From Desulfurella sp. (GTDB lineage: Bacteria; Campylobacterota_A; Desulfurellia; Desulfurellales; Desulfurellaceae), in contig NZ_JAGDWY010000067.1 in NCBI RefSeq assembly GCF_023256235.1, forward strand, positions 13,489 to 52,382: a stretch of DNA of 38,894 nt, in the 5' to 3' direction. The stretch's first letter is position 1. Every line of letters begins with the position of its first letter. The position numbers and the translations under genes are program-made. Of this stretch, positions 35,918-38,894 are shown piece by piece. A model generated the notes under the pieces. That model was given only the letters and a program-made list of their open reading frames with translations. It was not told the DNA's origin and searched no databases.

Positions 35918-38272
35918 ATGGAAAAAAAAGTTAAGATTAAAATAAACGGAAAAGAGTTTGAAGTGGATAGTGAAAAAAGTATTTTGCAATCAGCAAGAGA
36001 AAATGGCATCTATATACCAGCTATTTGCTATTCTGATAGGTTTGGTGCCATTGGTGCCTGCAGAATATGCGCAGTTGAGATTGTTGGTATGAAAAAACCC
36101 ATGCTATCATGTGCAGCAAAGGTAAAAGATGGTATGGAGGTTATAACTAACTCTCCTGCACTGGACCAGCTAAGAAGAGAGATAATTTATGAGTGGGACA
36201 CATTTCATCCGCTTCAATGCGGTGTCTGCGATAAAAGTGGTGAGTGTGAGCTTCAAAATATAAATTACGAATTTAATATAACAGAAAACCCAAAAGAGGC
36301 TCAAACAGACCCGCTTAGCATACCTCGAGGCACAATACACTATGAATGGAAGATTATCCATCATGATGCAAATCTTTGTATTCAATGTAGAAGGTGCGTG
36401 GCAGTATGCGACAAGGTGGTTAATTTTGGTATTTTAGCTTTGGTAAAAAAAGATGGGGATAGAAAAGAGATTGATACAAAAGATGGTAAACCTTTAGATT
36501 GCGAGTTTTGTGGTCAATGTGTGAGTGTCTGCCCAACTGGTGCAATGTCTAGCAAGTTATTTAAATACAAAGCCAGAGCATGGGAAATGGAAAAGGTTCC
36601 CACAACTTGCGGTTTTTGTTCTTCTGGGTGCCAGATGGATTTAAATGTTAAAAATAATGAGATCCTAAGAGTAACAAGCGAAGAATATACTCCGAATATG
36701 GCAAACCTTTGCAATTTGGGCAGGTTTAATTATTCTGTTAGCAAATCAGATAGGCTTATTAAGGATTACTCATTAAATTCAAAAACACTAAATCAGGAAG
36801 CAATGTTATTAGAATTATCTCAAATTTTAAAAAATACACCAAAAGAGAAAATTTTTGGTATAAGTGGCGCAAGAGAAACGCACGAAGACAATCTTGCATT
36901 TAAAATGTTTTTTAATAATACATTGTCAAGTAACAACATAGATAGTCTATCGTCTACTCATATAGGTAAATTGTATAAGTACTTGCCTCAAAGTGTAAAT
37001 ACACTTTATGATTTTTCAGATATTTCTGATGCTAACCTTATAATATGTTTTGGCGGAGATATTGCAAACGAGATGCCACGTATTGACTGGTCTATAACAA
37101 GGGGTGCAAAATTACTTAAAACTTCAAAAGTGATAAGTGCTTACTGGAAAGATACAAAGATTGATACGCTTGGTTCTATACCGCTAAGGTATGAACCCGG
37201 AAGAGAACTTGACTTTTTAACTTCTTTTGCGTTCGCATTAAAATCAGAAGGTTATGGTGCAGGGCTTGATGGTATTGATGGTCTTACAGGTAGCGAATTT
37301 GATGTTTCAAGTATAATCGAAGAAGTTAAAAAAGCTTCAAACATAGCTTTTATTGTGTGTCAAGAAGCGCTTGAGCGTTCAAATGGTGAAGAAATTGCAA
37401 AAGCTGTTTCCAATATCGCTCTTTTACTTAAAGATAAGGTAAAAGTTTATGCATCAAGTAAATACAATAATGCATTTGGTTCTTTGTACAATAATTATGG
37501 CTCATCTAGTGAATTTAGCATCCAAAGACTGCTTGAATTTGCAAAAGAAGGTAAAATTGAAACATTAATATTGCTTAATGCAGATTTGTTTAGTTTTTTG
37601 AGCGATAACGAGGCTAAAATAGTCAGAGATACTGTAAAAAATATAGTTTTATTTGATACTTTTGAAAGCAAAACTTCTCTTATTGCAAATGCAATTGTGC
37701 CAGTTCCTTTTTTTACCAGTCAAAGTGGTACCTTTATTAATGCAGAAGGTAGGGTAAATAAGATAAATAAAGCAATAGAGTGCAATGTACCTTGCGCATG
37801 GGAGTTTTTATTTAAACTATCAACTAATTTGGGATATAACCTTTCAAGCGCAAAATTACAACTAAAAGATAAGAAAATTACTCTAAATGGTCCTGCAGAT
37901 AAAATTTATACAATAAATACAAATTCAAGTGTTAAAAGTGATGGTGAATTTGTATTTATAGCAAACTATTCTAAATTTAGGACTTCTGTTTACTCTGGTT
38001 ATGGTGAGGGGGCTAAGCTGGCACAAAGTCAATCAGTTTTGCATATAAGCAAAGAAGATGCTCAAAGGATTGGCTTAAATGATGGTGATTTTGCTAATAT
38101 TGAAGCAAATAGTTCATCAATAGTTCTTCCTGTAAAAATTGATGAACAAATGCCAAAGTCCGTTCTTGCTGCACAATTATGGTTTGAAAATACCAATCCA
38201 TACAATATAACAGGAGGTTTTAATAATTTAGTAAGAGCTAACCTTACAAAAGCTCAAGGGGGATTAAAATGA
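35918..38272 (+). CDS. nuoG: Complex I subunit G (Fe-S protein with a molybdopterin-oxidoreductase-like scaffold)
   Basis: 2Fe-2S ligands C...GACRIC...C, HPLQCGVCDKSGEC, CIQCRRCVAVC, CEFCGQCVSVCP, TTCGFCSSGC...LC, GTFINAEGR; lies between nuoD and nuoH. Confidence 0.9.
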   Translation: MEKKVKIKINGKEFEVDSEKSILQSARENGIYIPAICYSDRFGAIGACRICAVEIVGMKKPMLSCAAKVKDGMEVITNSPALDQLRREIIYEWDTFHPLQCGVCDKSGECELQNINYEFNITENPKEAQTDPLSIPRGTIHYEWKIIHHDANLCIQCRRCVAVCDKVVNFGILALVKKDGDRKEIDTKDGKPLDCEFCGQCVSVCPTGAMSSKLFKYKARAWEMEKVPTTCGFCSSGCQMDLNVKNNEILRVTSEEYTPNMANLCNLGRFNYSVSKSDRLIKDYSLNSKTLNQEAMLLELSQILKNTPKEKIFGISGARETHEDNLAFKMFFNNTLSSNNIDSLSSTHIGKLYKYLPQSVNTLYDFSDISDANLIICFGGDIANEMPRIDWSITRGAKLLKTSKVISAYWKDTKIDTLGSIPLRYEPGRELDFLTSFAFALKSEGYGAGLDGIDGLTGSEFDVSSIIEEVKKASNIAFIVCQEALERSNGEEIAKAVSNIALLLKDKVKVYASSKYNNAFGSLYNNYGSSSEFSIQRLLEFAKEGKIETLILLNADLFSFLSDNEAKIVRDTVKNIVLFDTFESKTSLIANAIVPVPFFTSQSGTFINAEGRVNKINKAIECNVPCAWEFLFKLSTNLGYNLSSAKLQLKDKKITLNGPADKIYTINTNSSVKSDGEFVFIANYSKFRTSVYSGYGEGAKLAQSQSVLHISKEDAQRIGLNDGDFANIEANSSSIVLPVKIDEQMPKSVLAAQLWFENTNPYNITGGFNNLVRANLTKAQGGLK

Positions 38273-38894
38273 TAGAAGTGATAATTGGGATTGTTAAATT
38301 AATATTGCTTGTTGCAGTTTTAAGTGTGTATGTTATGTATGCTACTTGGTATGAAAGAAAAGTTATAGGGCACATGCAACAGCGTATTGGACCAAAAAGG
38401 GTTGGACCATATGGTTTGCTTCAACCTTTAGCAGATACAATTAAAAGTTTTTTTAAAGAAGATGTTATACCAGCAAGGGCAGATAAACCTCTATTTTGGT
38501 TAGCTCCTATTTTAGCGCCTACTTTTCCATTTGCTGCTGCAGCTGCTATACCGTTTTTTCCGCCAATTGAGCTTTCAAATGGTACAATGTTTTACTTTAG
38601 TGTATTTCATTCCAATGTAGACCTGCTATACATTCTGGCTATGATGGGTTTATCTAGTTTTGGTGTTATGCTTGCAGGTATTGCATCAGGTGGCAATAAA
38701 TATTCATATTTTGGGGCTCAGCGTGAGATAGCTCAAGTTGTTAGCTACGAAATAATTTTAGCGCTTGCATTACTAAATCCAATACTTATGGTTCAATCGT
38801 TGAATTTAACAGAATTTGTTACATTCCAACAACAGCATTTATGGTTGATTTTCTATCAGCCTTTTGCATTTGTAGCATTTGTAATTGCAATGGT
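38269..38894 (+). CDS. nuoH: Complex I subunit H (truncated at the right edge)
   Basis: Manual translation from ATG 38269 (ATGA overlap with nuoG): ...WYERKVIGHMQQRIGPKRVGPYGLLQPLADTIKSFFKED...NKYS...R...Q.VSYE. Confidence 0.95.
   Translation, partial: MIEVIIGIVKLILLVAVLSVYVMYATWYERKVIGHMQQRIGPKRVGPYGLLQPLADTIKSFFKEDVIPARADKPLFWLAPILAPTFPFAAAAAIPFFPPIELSNGTMFYFSVFHSNVDLLYILAMMGLSSFGVMLAGIASGGNKYSYFGAQREIAQVVSYEIILALALLNPILMVQSLNLTEFVTFQQQHLWLIFYQPFAFVAFVIAM

Noticed and set aside
2409-36714. Many 60-180 aa ORFs overlapping or antisense to long genes (e.g. 2409-2774, 8763-9134, 27099-27578, 31200-31733)
   Set aside because: They lie within well-supported genes, have no recognisable motifs, and show the composition expected of antisense frames.
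1-38894. tRNA, rRNA, CRISPR arrays, IS elements
   Set aside because: Intergenic gaps are short and AT-rich; I saw no cloverleaf, regularly spaced repeats, terminal inverted repeats or transposase ORFs by eye.

Overview
AT-rich (roughly 30% GC by eye) bacterial chromosomal window. I found no rRNA, tRNA, CRISPR array, transposase or phage module. The Campylobacter-type NuoG, sulfur-relay genes and 2-oxoacid:ferredoxin oxidoreductase suggest an anaerobic sulfur-cycling organism such as a Desulfurella/Hippea-like lineage (inference only). The left 9.3 kb is the accessory part. On the minus strand are a Cyc2-like monoheme cytochrome-porin fusion, a small class I cytochrome c, a lipoprotein and a truncated two-TM sensor-like protein; the cyc2-like and cytochrome c genes share an identically positioned upstream box. 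On the plus strand, a metY-MOSC-metX-metW operon is followed by an SQR-like flavoprotein / DUF1641-like / TusE(DsrC) / DsrE2 sulfur-relay operon; these two promoters share a 21-bp palindrome at the same position, suggesting one sulfur regulon. The rest is mostly housekeeping: cutA, mpg, tatA, PBP1A, queF, iorAB, an HD-GYP protein, valS, an exported protein, polX, rpsT, a PAS-GAF-GGDEF-EAL protein, tatD, pncB, a 4-TM membrane protein, mscS, mobA, rpoD, a pseudouridine synthase, and a complex I operon nuoABCD-G-H with no nuoEF. All product calls come from motif recognition by eye; no database searches were run.
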